The position numbers were made by a program, and so were the translations under genes. A stretch of DNA of 44,862 nt, from NCBI GenBank assembly GCA_002269645.1, contig NIVC01000058.1, positions 1 to 44,862 of the forward strand. Reading direction: 5' to 3'. Source of the DNA: Macrostomum lignano (lineage: Eukaryota). Below, piece after piece: positions 33,271 to 44,862 of this stretch. The notes beneath the pieces were generated by a model. It saw nothing but the letters and a program-made list of their open reading frames with translations. It was not told the DNA's origin and made no database searches. How positions within the stretch are numbered: the first letter of the stretch is position 1; every line of letters starts with the position of its first letter.

Positions 33271-33669
33271 TCAAGCAGTCTTCGGCGCCAGAGCTCGCAG
33301 TTCGCGGATGCACTGCTGGATAGCCTCTTTCTCCTGTTGCGGCGTGATGCTCTTCGTCACGCCGTCCAGCACCCACTGGACCAGGTGCTGCTGCTGGAAG
33401 CTCTTCTTGGCAGCGGCCAGCTCCACGTGGTAAGTCATCCGGCGCTCCACGGTGCGGGCGACCTCGGCGAGGCGGCGGCGATACTCCTCCTCCAGCTGGA
33501 GGTCGAGAATCTCCCGCTTGGCTTTGAAAGCCTCCTCAAAAACGATGGGGGAGCTCTGTAGCTGGGACTCGGTGAGCCGCACGAGATCCCTGCCGGAGTC
33601 TTTGGCGGCCTCTATCGGGCGGACAATGACGGACTCGTTGAGCTCGTTGGCCTTCTTGGCTTCCATTTC
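33271..33669 (-). CDS. ATP5PB: Mitochondrial ATP synthase F0 subunit b, exon 3 (terminal)
   Basis: Acceptor ccgcgcag|GAA. LQLEEEYRRRL...QQQHLVQWVLDGVTKSITPQQEKEAIQQCIREL matches the subunit b C-terminus. Confidence 0.93.
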   Translation of the reverse strand, partial: EMEAKKANELNESVIVRPIEAAKDSGRDLVRLTESQLQSSPIVFEEAFKAKREILDLQLEEEYRRRLAEVARTVERRMTYHVELAAAKKSFQQQHLVQWVLDGVTKSITPQQEKEAIQQCIRELRALAPKTA

Positions 33670-33789
33670 CTGCGCGGTTTTTTTGATGGTTCAGTCAGCA
33701 TTTTCTTAAGATTTAATAATCCTTTCTGACCTACTTTAAGTAGAATGCATGCACACACTTTGCAAAGCTGCATTTTAAGCATCAGAATC

Positions 33790-34125
<336 letters not shown>

Positions 34126-34499
34126 TCGAAAATTTTTATCAAAGAGTCGTCAAGAGTCAATTTTTAGCGTTTTAATGTCCGCGAATCGAAAACCACTTTG
34201 GGCCGTAGAGTCGCTATAGAATCACTGAGTTGCGTCTAAAGCGCATCGTTATGAATGATTTTATGAACTAGAATTGCATTTATAACAACTCTATTTAGTC
34301 TACTTGTGTTAGTAGAAAGCTAAGCGCTAATACAACAACTCTTTAAACGAATTTTCGCGACTGTAACGTTTCTACAACTATTGCGACTCAAATTTCGCCT
34401 CTCTGTCACATTGCAGTCGTTTGAGTCGTTAAAAAGTCACAAGAGTAACGTAAACAAAGAAACGAAGATGCTGACTTAAAAACACATTTGAGCGCAAAC

Positions 34500-34954
34500 C
34501 TTAATCCGTTGACCGTATTTCTTAACGAAAGCAATAAGGGCTGGAACGGACACGAGCAGCACCATGCCCTCGGGGTCCAGCACCCAGTACTCTTTGCTGA
34601 TTAGAAAGGTGGGCACGCCGAGGGCCAAGATGTAGGGGCCTAGGACTCCGGTCTTGTTGTAGAAGGCCTGGAACCAGGAGTCCGGCAGGATGCCCAACCG
34701 CACTTTGGGCATGTGCGGCTGCATCTTCACTGGCGGATAGTTGGTGAAGTCGCGGTCCTTGCCGTAGTAAATCTCGTGCAGCCGTTCGAATCGTTCGGTA
34801 ACGCTGCTCAGACCGGTCTTGGTCTGCTCCTTCCAGGCCTCCATGGACTTCAGTATCTTGGCCGAGCCCTGATCGATGAACTCCTCGCGCTCCGGGCCCT
34901 TGGGGATGGCCAGGGCGGCGCGGGAGGTGTGCAGCAGCCGGGCGCTCAGGGACA
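34500..34954 (-). CDS. ATP5PB: Mitochondrial ATP synthase F0 subunit b, exon 2
   Basis: Boundaries ccggcag|TG and AAG|gtttgc. KVRLGILPDSWFQAFYNKTGVLGPYILALGVPTFLISKEYWV matches VR.G.IPE.WF.F.Y.KTGVTGPY. Confidence 0.94.
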
Positions 34955-37879
34955 CTGCCGGGGATTGAACAAAGCATACACATAATTAACAGGTGTACAT
35001 TGGCCCAGACTTTCTAATAGTCAGGCAGACAAACTTTCAATGCCTTGGGTGTAGGGATGGCCCTCATGGGTTTGAATTGCACAGCCCCAATTTTTGAGTA
35101 CAGTATTCAATTTAATGTTATACAATCATGTTAGCCAAATTGGCCATGTGAGATGGTAATTGTGCCTTATATAATATACTAGATTAAGTCAAAAAGTCTA
35201 TTCATATTCTTAAGAACTTCACTGAAGCCATAGGCTAGACAAAAACCTCTTCAACAAAAGGTTGTATTCTGAGCAGCAGTACAACACAAAGGCTAAGTTT
35301 ATACATTGCTACTAGGCGCATAGCCAGGATTTACATCAGGGGGGGGCAGAGACATAAATCCATCTCCAATGGAAGCAATGGAAGCAAAATACAAAGGCAG
35401 TAAACCAACCCCTCCAGGGGGACATGTCCCCATTGTGCCCCTTGACTAGGCCCCTGATTGTTAAATTGATTTTTGATTTGTTACTAGTCTACTTATAGCT
35501 TACTTTACTTATTTTAAATCAAACTTTTGAACCCATTTAATTAACTTTAAATACATTTGAACCACACTGACTTAAGAATCATTTGTCTTTGCTTATTTTA
35601 AAATGGCTACCCAGTATATATTAACACATTAGCTTAGCTACTGCATAGTTCACCTATAGCATATCACCCAATATTTATCATTAAGATGTCAGCATAAACT
35701 TGTTGGCAATGGTCTATACATAATATTATCAACTCATAATAAAAACATGCCTATGGTATTATATATTATATAATACTTTTATCATCTATTAATATTTTAA
35801 TATACATTTAATATACATTTTAATATTATACATTTTTTATATTCATCTAATAATATTTATATTATTATATAATATTTTAATCATCTTTTAAGTTAGGACA
35901 AAAACTATTAGTAAAACAACTTCCTTTGACAAATTAAATTTTGTTTTATGAATCAACTCATAAAAGGACTTTATAGTAAATTTTAAAATAAATTTATGAA
36001 GAAATAGCAACATTGCTATTGCTATTGCTATAGGCAGTTAATAAAGGACATGATAGCTAATAGATAGCCTTTTCTCCAATATAATAAAAATGATATCCTA
36101 ATAATAGTTTACTATCTATTATTGTTTGTCAACTTTTTATTTACTAGGCCTATATGAACATATGCTAGGATGCAACCTAGGAATTTACCTAGCTATTTTT
36201 ATTGGAAACACATATATAACTTGATATTGGACAGAATAGTAGTTGTGACAATGTCGTTATAATATTTTTTAGTTTTTATCTGATTTTTTAGTGTACTTAA
36301 ATTGATTTTTTGTAATAATTATGGGGGGTAGGGGGAAAGCACTTGTTATAGGAAAATTATGTCTATTATTTCATCTACTGTTTTATTATTTTTGTTACCA
36401 CATTTTTGAAGTTAGTATTGAAGGTTTTAGTGGAGCAGTTTTGCTGCAGTTTTGAGTGCGGGTGTTTTGTGTTTTTGGTGTAGGCTCTTCCTCTCCCTCC
36501 TCACGCTTGGCGTGTCTCGTTACCTTAGTCCAGTGATACCAGACAAGACTATTTGAAATAATTTTGCTCTATAGGCTATAGAGCCAACCAAACCAAATTA
36601 ACATTAGATTATATTTAGTATATTAGACTTAGTCACTCTGCTACTGCCAAGACTGTGCCCCTAGGCCTAGTAACTTTAAATATAAGTTATATTATTTTTT
36701 GTCAAGTTCTACAACTAAATAAATAACCTAGAATAATTAATAATAAATTTAATAGTTAATTTAAGTCACCGCTATTTCTTTCTTTCTATTTGAATTGTAT
36801 TAAGTGCTCTGCTACAGTAGTCATATGACTACTTTTAGCCATTAATGACTTACATATGTATTGCCAACATGATTCCTAATCATGTTGGATCAAGAATTAG
36901 GAATCAGGCTAGGTGATATATAAATAATGATATATAAAAATATCCCAGCCTTGAACTTAGGCCAAATAATTAGCATTTTGCTGTAGCCATAGCTATGGCA
37001 AATATGGTAAAATAGGTGCCTATGGAAGCTACAAATATGCCTACAGTAGCTAGCTGCTCTTACGGCTATGTCTACAGAAATATGGTAGTTGTTGTCACAT
37101 TCTGTAGATTCCTATAGCCATAGTTATTAATGTTAAAAAATTGAAAAATATTAGAAACAGGTAGAGTAAAACAAAGATACTTTTAGTAAACTGTATTATC
37201 AACTTAGAAACTTTTAAAATATACCTAAAAAAAGTACAATAAAACACTAGCAAACATTAATTTTTATTAATGTGAAAACGTTTAGCATTAGTACTCTCAG
37301 TAACGATAAAGTATTATTGCTTTGAAAAAAGACAAAATATAATCTTACAAAGGCAATTGAGTGTTTCTTTTATTTTCTAACTTAATTTGCAATTGTTTAA
37401 GCACTAGGTTATCTTCTTGATTCAAAATATTTTGTTTTCTAGACTTTTTGTTAAAACTATGGCTACAGCTATGGGAACTATAGGAATATAGGGGTATAGG
37501 GGTATAGGGGAATATAGGAATAGGGGTCCCTATGGCTATGGAATACAGAGAATTGGAATAAGCCATAGTTTTGCATATGGCTATGGTATATGGACCCTCT
37601 TTATGGCGGAACACTACAAAAAACCTAGACTGTATATAGTTTTGCTAGTCTTAAACAAAGAATAAGGACTAATAAGATTTTTAAAAATTATTTTCTTATA
37701 TTTTTTCAATTTTTATTCTAGTTGATAAATCTCATTTGCCTAAAAGACACATTACTTTCAAAAATTGGTCAAGTTATAAAGTTGACCATAAGTTGACCAA
37801 AAGGTGTTTTAAAAGAAATAGATAAGAATATAACTCATTTATCTTTAAAAGGATAAATTTATAATCAAATACATTGTTA

Positions 37880-38444
37880 TCATAGTCAGGAAGGTGGCAT
37901 GTGCATGCTAGAATTAAATTTGGGAAAAGGTCTCTATGATGCCAAATTACGCCAAAAATTGGATGTGATTGTCATGTATGCCAAAATTAAAAAATTATGC
38001 AACTTTACTTTTGCACTACAACAATAAAGGACCTTTTTCCATTTTTCCATTTGACATTTATATTTAGATTATAACAAAATAAGTTTCGTGTCTATTTTTC
38101 AATTATAATAACTTGTAGTTATATGAAGTCCTGGTACTTAAATTGTTTTAAAATAAATAGCATAATCACATTTTATAAATTTTTTTGCACTCTTATCATC
38201 TTTGAACTGCAACCTTTCTTTGAAATGTTGATACCTTTTGTAACAGAAACTGACAATACTTGCATTTTTAAATAGCTTTTTGTATACTACTTTTTTGTAT
38301 GCCAAATGCAATTTTGTTGTATATGCAATATTCCAAATGCAATTTTTTTTAAGATTTGAGCACACTAAATGCACACCAAATGAACTATGAAGAGCTTATG
38401 CACACTGGAATTTTCAAGCAAAAAGGTCACCTTCCTGACTATGG
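37880..38444. mobile_element. MITE, CCATAGTCAGGA family, copy 1 (565 bp)
   Basis: Perfect 16-bp inverted repeat catagtcaggaaggtg/caccttcctgactatg; 8-bp TSD cattgtta (37872-37879, 38445-38452). Confidence 0.82.
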
Positions 38445-39136
38445 CATTGTTAAAATTACTATTATATAATATTTAAAACTAGTCTTTATATTAGCTACTG
38501 TATAAATAACAATAGTACTATTTATATAGTATCATGCAAATAACAAATGCCATCATTTTTAACTTCATTATCTATATATCCATGCTTATTAAAAAGAATA
38601 AGTCTAATAGTAGTAATATCGCTAGATTTTTACCACACTAGATCATATAAATTATAATATATGCCCAAAAATTTGGGTATGCATTGGCCTTGCAAGCCAA
38701 AAGTGGACATGTATAGTTGGCGTGCATCAGTCCTAAGAAAATATACCTGGTGTGCACTGCATAGAATCACGCAGAAGAGTAATTGTGAAGTAGAAAAAAT
38801 GTGAAAAAAGTTCATTTTTAAGCAAAAATTTCCCACTTTACAAGTTTTTAAGCTTGTAATAAGGCATTTAAACAAATCTTTGCATGTATCAATTTTCTAA
38901 TATAAATAGTATTGCCAAAAAAAGCAGAAAAATTAACTAAATTATCTGTCAAAAAGGGCTTTTTACACAATGAAAAAAGGTCATTTATTGTCACAATGTA
39001 AAAAAGGTTATTTATTATTGCAATACCAACTGAGTTTTAATAATAGGTATGCACTCAATTTTTTGGCATGCATTTGTACTTATTGATTTTTGTTTGGGCA
39101 TGCACCAAGCATGATCCAGACTATACATAGTCCAAA

Positions 39137-40374
39137 TGGTTCCAGGTCATTTTGTCAAATACCATTTTGTCAAAAGCCTTTTTGTCAAATAGTAAATTGG
39201 TCATTTTGTCAAACGGTAGATAAAATAGAGCCCACTGTAATTAATTTTTAAATAATTTAATTAGTTTTTAAAATAAATAATTTAATGTCAAGATAAATCT
39301 ATATCAAAAGGACATCACTACCTTTTGTTTAAGCAAAGTGTTTCTAAGAATGAAACATGAAAAAGGATAACCCTAACCTTAACTTTTAATTATTTCCTTT
39401 ACATCTTGATTCTTAGCTTTGTGATGAACACAGTATTTTACTTAGTGAAATTATGCTCTTATTATATTATTTCATTAATATTAATATCAATAATGGTACA
39501 ATTGCATGGTTTTGATATTTTACTATGCAAATTATGAATAATCTGACTAGCTAACTACTACAATTTGTGCCTTTTCTTAGAAATGTTATTTTAAACAAGC
39601 AGTATACTTCTTTTTTAATGCTAACCTATTGAGTATACATGTGACTAATCTAGAGCCATAGTCAGGATGATATACATTATGCCAAAAATTTCCAGCATAC
39701 AATTGAAAATTTTTCTTTTTTTTGGCATATAATTAATTGGCATAAAAAAATGAGGCAAAATATATTTGCATATTTTTTGGTGATGTTGTGGCATAAATAT
39801 GCCAAGCAGCATATGCCAACTCCAACCTTCATGCCAAAGTTAATATTAATAATTGTTGGCATAACGCCGTAACCTCAGAATCTTATTATAAAATCATAAA
39901 AAGCATAAAACTTGTAAGATGAAAGTTCATAACTATTTGTGATTTATAAAAATTTAAAATTCCATGCAAACTAATTGTGTTAATTTTCTAAAAAATAGTT
40001 AAACAAAAAATTGATTTTTGTTGGCATTACTATAAGCCAATTTACTTTAAATGAAAACCACACATTTGTTAAATTTTTATTGTTAAAAATGTGTAACATG
40101 CAAAAAGGTCATTTATTGTTGCAAAGCCTAGAAAACCTGGCGTAAGTTCCTAGGACCTCCTTGGTGTACATTTCAGTATGAAGTGGCGTAGATTTTTTAG
40201 GGGACTTTTTATTCTGGCGTATACCATAACATGATCCTGACTATGGATCTAGAGTAACTTCAATTTACATTTGAAACTATGCACACACTTTGACGAACTG
40301 ACCAAATGACTATTTGACGAAAAGGCTTTTGACTAAAACTAAAAGGTTTTTGACGAAATGACTAGTCACCATCC
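39137..40374. mobile_element. Non-autonomous element with ~80-bp degenerate TIRs built of TTTTGTCAAA / TTTCGTCAAA motifs
   Basis: 39137-39215 is the approximate inverse of 40289-40374; no clear TSD. Confidence 0.6.
39656..40246. mobile_element. MITE, CCATAGTCAGGA family, copy 2 (591 bp), nested in 39137-40374
   Basis: 13-bp TIR ccatagtcaggat/atcctgactatgg; perfect 8-bp TSD atctagag (39648-39655, 40247-40254). Confidence 0.85.
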
Positions 40375-40896
40375 ATATATGGCCCAGGCATTTCTAGAAT
40401 AGGCCTTAGCTTAAACCTTTGCAATGCCTAAAAAATTGCCTTAAACTTATATTTAAAATTAAATTTGCCTGAAATTAAATATCAGGATTGCATATTGGCA
40501 AGGGATCTTTATTAAAGGCCTTTTAAAGAATCTTTGAAACTTACTATGTTTCTTAGTTTCATTGCAGGAAACAATACAAGTTTCCTTATATTGCAAGGAT
40601 GCTACTTTGTCTTTGGATTCTAGAATAAATATTTGAAAGATGTTACAGTGGAAAATAGACAACTGGAATCTTTGTAGGTGGCTTTGGCATTAATAATTAA
40701 TAGGCTATGACTCATGGATACATTGGTTGCATATTTATTAAGCAAAATACTTTGCAAATATGCTTAAGGTAAAAGTAATTAATAAAACTAAACAAAAAAT
40801 ATAAGATATTGCATGCCTGGGCAAGCATTAATTGGTGATTTGCTGTTAGTGTAGGTAGGCCAAGTGCATAAAAATTAGAAATGATTAGAAGCTTAC

Positions 40897-40936
40897 ACTG
40901 CTTAGGAAGAAAAACCCTGGAAGCCAATGAGGCCAT
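40897..40936 (-). CDS. ATP5PB: Mitochondrial ATP synthase F0 subunit b, exon 1 (start of targeting peptide); full CDS 894 bp, 297 aa
   Basis: ATG GCC TCA ... CAG T|gtaagc. Phase 1 matches exon 2 (T+TG = Leu), giving the presequence-like MASLASRVFLPKQLSLSARLLHTSRAALA. Confidence 0.8.
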
Positions 40937-41867
40937 TTCTTTATTAGCTGCTTAAATTACGCAAAATGTAGGCAATCAATTCGAAATAAAAAGTTAGGAG
41001 TTTATATCTAGACAAGATGCAGATCTGCACTGCTGTGCTGCACTGATGGTAAAAATTAATATTAAAAAGTAATAAAAAACTGCAACCAAAAAATTTGCTA
41101 AGCACCGTCTGCAGAAGTATATTATCTAAAAAACCTAGTAAAATAAAAATACCATTGACTTCTGTTTACATTTAGTAGATTAACTGTGTCGTTTGCATTA
41201 CTTGTATAGTGTTGTTTGTTAAAATGCGTACAAGTTCGGCTTTTCCAGATTTTTTAGGTAAACATACTTTAGATATATTTTTAGTGGCGAAGATATTTAA
41301 ATTCATCATATATTGATAAATCTAAAGGACTAATACACACTATCAAATAACGTTTGCTTATTATTGCATTTTATCACCACTGCATGTAGCGCCTATTTAA
41401 AAACCAATGACATCCATCATGAAACTTTTCCAAGCACAAATTTAAGTACTAATTAAGTTTTCATATTTTTTTGCATCCACATGCATAAAACTGTATTTTG
41501 ATGACTATCCACATAGCTTGTTAAGTAAATAATCAACAAATCAACAAGCATGTAGCTCGAGATTGCACATTCAAATGAATCGTTCATAATTAAATAGTAA
41601 CGACTAGACAACTGCAGTAGTGAATTAATTTACATATATTAAGTAGCTTTCTTACACTGAGAACTATAGTCCAGGACAAAGATAGCCATTGAATTTCTAA
41701 ACCATTGATAATAGGTGCCGAAATAAGTTATGCAAAGAAAAACTGACTAAAGCAGTGAAGCCTTCGTATCGAGTACATGTAAATACATTTTAGCAAAACA
41801 AGTCGCCTTCTGCGGCTATATTTAATGCACAAAGTCAACAAGATATTGTGGTAGCAACGAAATACAG

Positions 41868-42134
41868 TCAGACAAGCGACACCAGTTGGTACTCGGCCTT
41901 GAGCTCGTCTTCCGGCATGCGTACCACGTGCACAAAAACTTTTTCAAATGCCTGGCCAGATTTCACAAGCTCGTAGAGCGGACTGTCCGGCAGCGGATCC
42001 AGCAGCTCGGTGGTCAGCAACAGACGGCCGTTGGACTCGGCCACGAGGTCCCAGTTGTCCCTGTTCAAGCGTACATTCTCGCCAGGATAAAATTGAAGCC
42101 CGATTTGGCGCAACACGACGTCGTTTGTTCGCAC
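41868..42134 (-). CDS. MRPL27: Mitochondrial ribosomal protein L27 (bL27m), exon 2
   Basis: Acceptor ccacgccag|GTG. VVLRQIGLQFYPGENV matches the bL27 RQRG..FHPG.NV motif; EKVFVHVV...YQLVSLV matches the animal MRPL27 C-terminus. Confidence 0.87.
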   Translation of the reverse strand: MRTNDVVLRQIGLQFYPGENVRLNRDNWDLVAESNGRLLLTTELLDPLPDSPLYELVKSGQAFEKVFVHVVRMPEDELKAEYQLVSLV

Positions 42135-42189
42135 CTGGCGTGGTGGAGCGGTGAGTTGAGGGGAAGCTAGGTACTATGCGGTTCGGCCG

Positions 42190-42810
42190 AGGGACCATGA
42201 TGAGGTGGGTGCACCTGAGGGATCATGATGAGGTGCAGCTGAGGGACTATGATGAGGTGCAGCTGAAGGATCATGATTTGGTGCAGCTGAGGGATCATGC
42301 TGAGGTGCAGCTGAGGGATCATGCTGAGGTGTAGCTGAGGTATCATGATGAGGTGCAGCTGAGGGACCATGATGAGGTGCAGCTGAGGGATCAGAATAAG
42401 GTGCAGCTGAGGGACCATGATGAGGTGCAGCTGAGGGACCATGATGAGGTGCAGCTGAGGAATCATAATGAGGTGCAGCTGAGGGATCAGAATAAGGTGC
42501 AGCTGAGGGAGGGACCATGATGAGGTGCAGCTGAGGAATCATAATGAGGTGCAGCTGAGGGATCAGAATAAGGTGCAGCTGAGGGACCATGATGAGGTGC
42601 AGCTAAGGGATCATGATGAGGTGCAGCTGAGGGATCATGATGAGGTGCAGCTGAGGGATCATGTTGACGTGCAGCTGAGGGATCAGAATAAGGTGCAGCT
42701 GAGGGACCATGATGAGGTGCAGCTGAGGGACCATGATGAGGTGCAGCTGAGGAATCATAATGAGGTGCAGCTGAGGGACCGTGATAAGTTTCAGCTGAGG
42801 GGACCATAGC
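42190..42810. repeat. 24-bp minisatellite (GAGGTGCAGCTGAGGGACCATGAT) filling the MRPL27 intron
   Basis: Direct reading; about 25 units. Confidence 0.95.
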
Positions 42811-42874
42811 GAGGAGCAAAAGATTCCAAAGAAGACTTCAAGGTAAAACAAATCGGCCCCAAAAAAGGTTTTAC

Positions 42875-43113
42875 CCTGGAGCCCTCGTTAACAGTGAAGC
42901 CGCGGTATTGGCTGTTGGGAATCGGTGAACGTGACGGCCCTTGCGCCGTTTCGGATGATCCTCCAAATCCGGCACCTTCTTGACGCCGCCCGGGTAGCCG
43001 CGCCGCTGGCAGACGGAGGCAGCGGGATAAGCCGCCGCTGTCGCCGAAGCAAGCGGCGCTAGAAACAGGAGACGACGCAGCGCACAGCCGCAGTGGCTCG
43101 CGATAGCAGACAT
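42875..43113 (-). CDS. MRPL27: MRPL27 exon 1 (targeting peptide plus start of L27), with an apparent 1-bp frameshift
   Basis: The ATG at 43113 opens a presequence-like frame. The conserved YRGFTVNEGSR and the donor AGG|gtaaaa lie in another frame. The exon is 239 bp, one short of a multiple of three. Confidence 0.75.
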
Positions 43114-43211
43114 GCGAGCATTTAGTAGATCGGTTGTGAGCGATCTGGATTGCCAGCTCCCACCATTGGCCTAAGCATCTAGACTAGAATCTGGGTTAAA
43201 TGAGCTGAGAG

Positions 43212-43630
43212 AGTGCCGTTAACACCCAGAGAGGATCTGGGAGAGTGCCATTAGCACCCAGAGAGGATCTGGGAGAGTGCCATTAGCACCCAGAGAGGAT
43301 CTGGGAGAGTGCCATTAGCATCCTAGAGAGAATCTGGGAGAGTGCCATTAGCACCCAGAGAGGATCTGGGAGAGTGCCATTAGCATCCTAGAGAGAATCT
43401 GGGAGAGTGCCATTAGCATCCTAGAGAGGATCTGGGAGAGTGCCATTAGCACCCAGAGAGGATCTGGGAGAGTGCCATTAGCACCCAGAGAGGATCTGGG
43501 AGAGTGCCATTAGCACCCAAGGAGGATCTGGGAGAGTGCCATTAGCACCAAGAGAGGATCTGGGAGTGCCATTAGCACCCAGAGAGGATCTGGGAGAGTG
43601 CCATTAGCACCCAGAGAGGATCTAGGAGTG
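43212..43630. repeat. 32-bp minisatellite (GAGAGTGCCATTAGCACCCAGAGAGGATCTGG), about 13 copies
   Basis: gaggat recurs at 43263, 43295 and onward. Confidence 0.95.
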
Positions 43631-44319
43631 TCATTTCAAGCCTATAAACCAGCTACTGACCGAAAGAAAGAACAAATTCCACAATAGCAAATTAACAAAC
43701 TTGCAGTCAATTGTAATAATTTTTATATTTTACAATTTTAATAAAAATTTTTGATAATTTTTGAACGACAATACACAAAGCGGGTACAACACAAATGTTA
43801 ACTGAATTTGCTGCTAAAAACAATCAGACAATTTAAACAGATTATGAATTGAATAGCTTTAGTATAATTAGTACTGTACGTTGCCATTGTTTCAAAAAGC
43901 AAGAAATACTTTTTAAATTACCTTGGATGTAAATTTTGGTTGATTTATAACTGAAGCTGTACCGTTCTTGGAAAACGCTTTTTGTGACGATTCTGACAAA
44001 CAAAATATCTTCAGTTTCAAAGAAGTTCAAAGATAAATTAAAATTATTTTTAGACACTGGAAATTAAACAATAGAATGCATTCAGAAAAATCAGGATTGC
44101 ACAAGCAACCGGCAGTTGAGTAAAGAAGATTTTCTAGCAACGAATGTGTGTATCTGCTGCATAACAGACGGTGCAACTTCCAGGTAAATTTGAAGTTGTG
44201 CGTTATTTTATTACACTTAACTGTAAGTAGAAGTTGCGGAGTCAGCGCAAGCTGACAGAAAAACGTTCGACATAATGCAGTTTTTTGGTAATTAATTTTT
44301 TACGAAGATTTAACCTAAA

Positions 44320-44575
44320 CTGAGCTATCTATGACCTTACCTGAGAATCTGAGATGTCTATGACCTAAACCGAGCTATCTATGACCTAAACTGAGCTATC
44401 TATGACCTAAACGAGCTATCTATGACCTAAACGAGCTATCCATGACCTAAACTGAACTATCTATGAGCTAAACCAAACTATCTATGAGCTAAACCGAGCT
44501 ATCTGACCTAAACCGAGCTATCTATGAGCTAAACCGAACTATCTATGACCTAAACTGAGCTCTCTCACCTAAACT
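44320..44575. repeat. 20-21-bp minisatellite (GAGCTATCTATGACCTAAACT)
   Basis: Direct reading; about 12 units. Confidence 0.92.
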
Positions 44576-44862
44576 ATGTTTTAAGTAATAACAAAAATCC
44601 AAGCGCAAATTAAATCGCAGAAAAATTTAATTTACCTTATATGGCAAGCGACAAGTATAAAATGAAGCAGGGAATTTATAAGCCGCTTGGCATGCTAAAT
44701 TAGAAAAAGCAAAAGCGATTTAAAACTCAACTAAAAACAGTCAGCCTACGCTCACAACACGGGAATAGAATAATTAAATAATACGACAATACGATTGCTA
44801 CGGATAAAATCAAAAGCTACACCAGAATGTCCAATAAAAAAACACAAAAAAGGAAAGCGAAA

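Noticed and set aside
36385-36530. GC-richer patch in the AT-rich intron, open on the minus strand (TKVTRHAKREEGEEEPTPK...)
   Set aside because: Short, with no start or compatible splice sites; possibly a decayed retroelement scrap but unsupported.
36980-37610. Clusters of CTATGGC/GCCATAG motifs in partly inverted arrangement
   Set aside because: Too degenerate to define termini or a TSD by eye.
42167-42851. IPQLHL, EVQLRDHD and HHGPSAAP repeat ORFs
   Set aside because: Frames of the intronic 24-bp minisatellite.

Overview
Intron-rich animal genomic DNA. GC-rich codons, dense (TCTA)n/(TCTG)n tracts and many minisatellites suggest a free-living flatworm such as Macrostomum; this is inference only. 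Left to right the window holds: (1) three 3' exons of a CYRI/FAM49 gene (+); (2) an unrecognised minus-strand gene whose ~4.4-kb exon carries about 20 in-frame 75-bp repeats; (3) a ~8-kb tandem duplication (A 15085-23175, B 24527-32444), each copy with a two-exon gene for a secreted protein made of signal peptide, PAN/apple-like Cys domain, Thr/Pro mucin stalk and ALK/LTK-type glycine-rich domain; (4) a complete three-exon ATP synthase subunit b gene (-) with a 5.9-kb AT-rich, MITE-laden intron; (5) a two-exon mitochondrial L27 gene (-) whose first exon is one base short of frame. Each duplicate shows the empty site for the other's private insertion: an RTE-type LINE in A and a TTAA-flanked TIR element in B. 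The best candidate for an undescribed system is the diversifying PAN-mucin-GRD paralog pair. All alignments and splice calls were made by eye.
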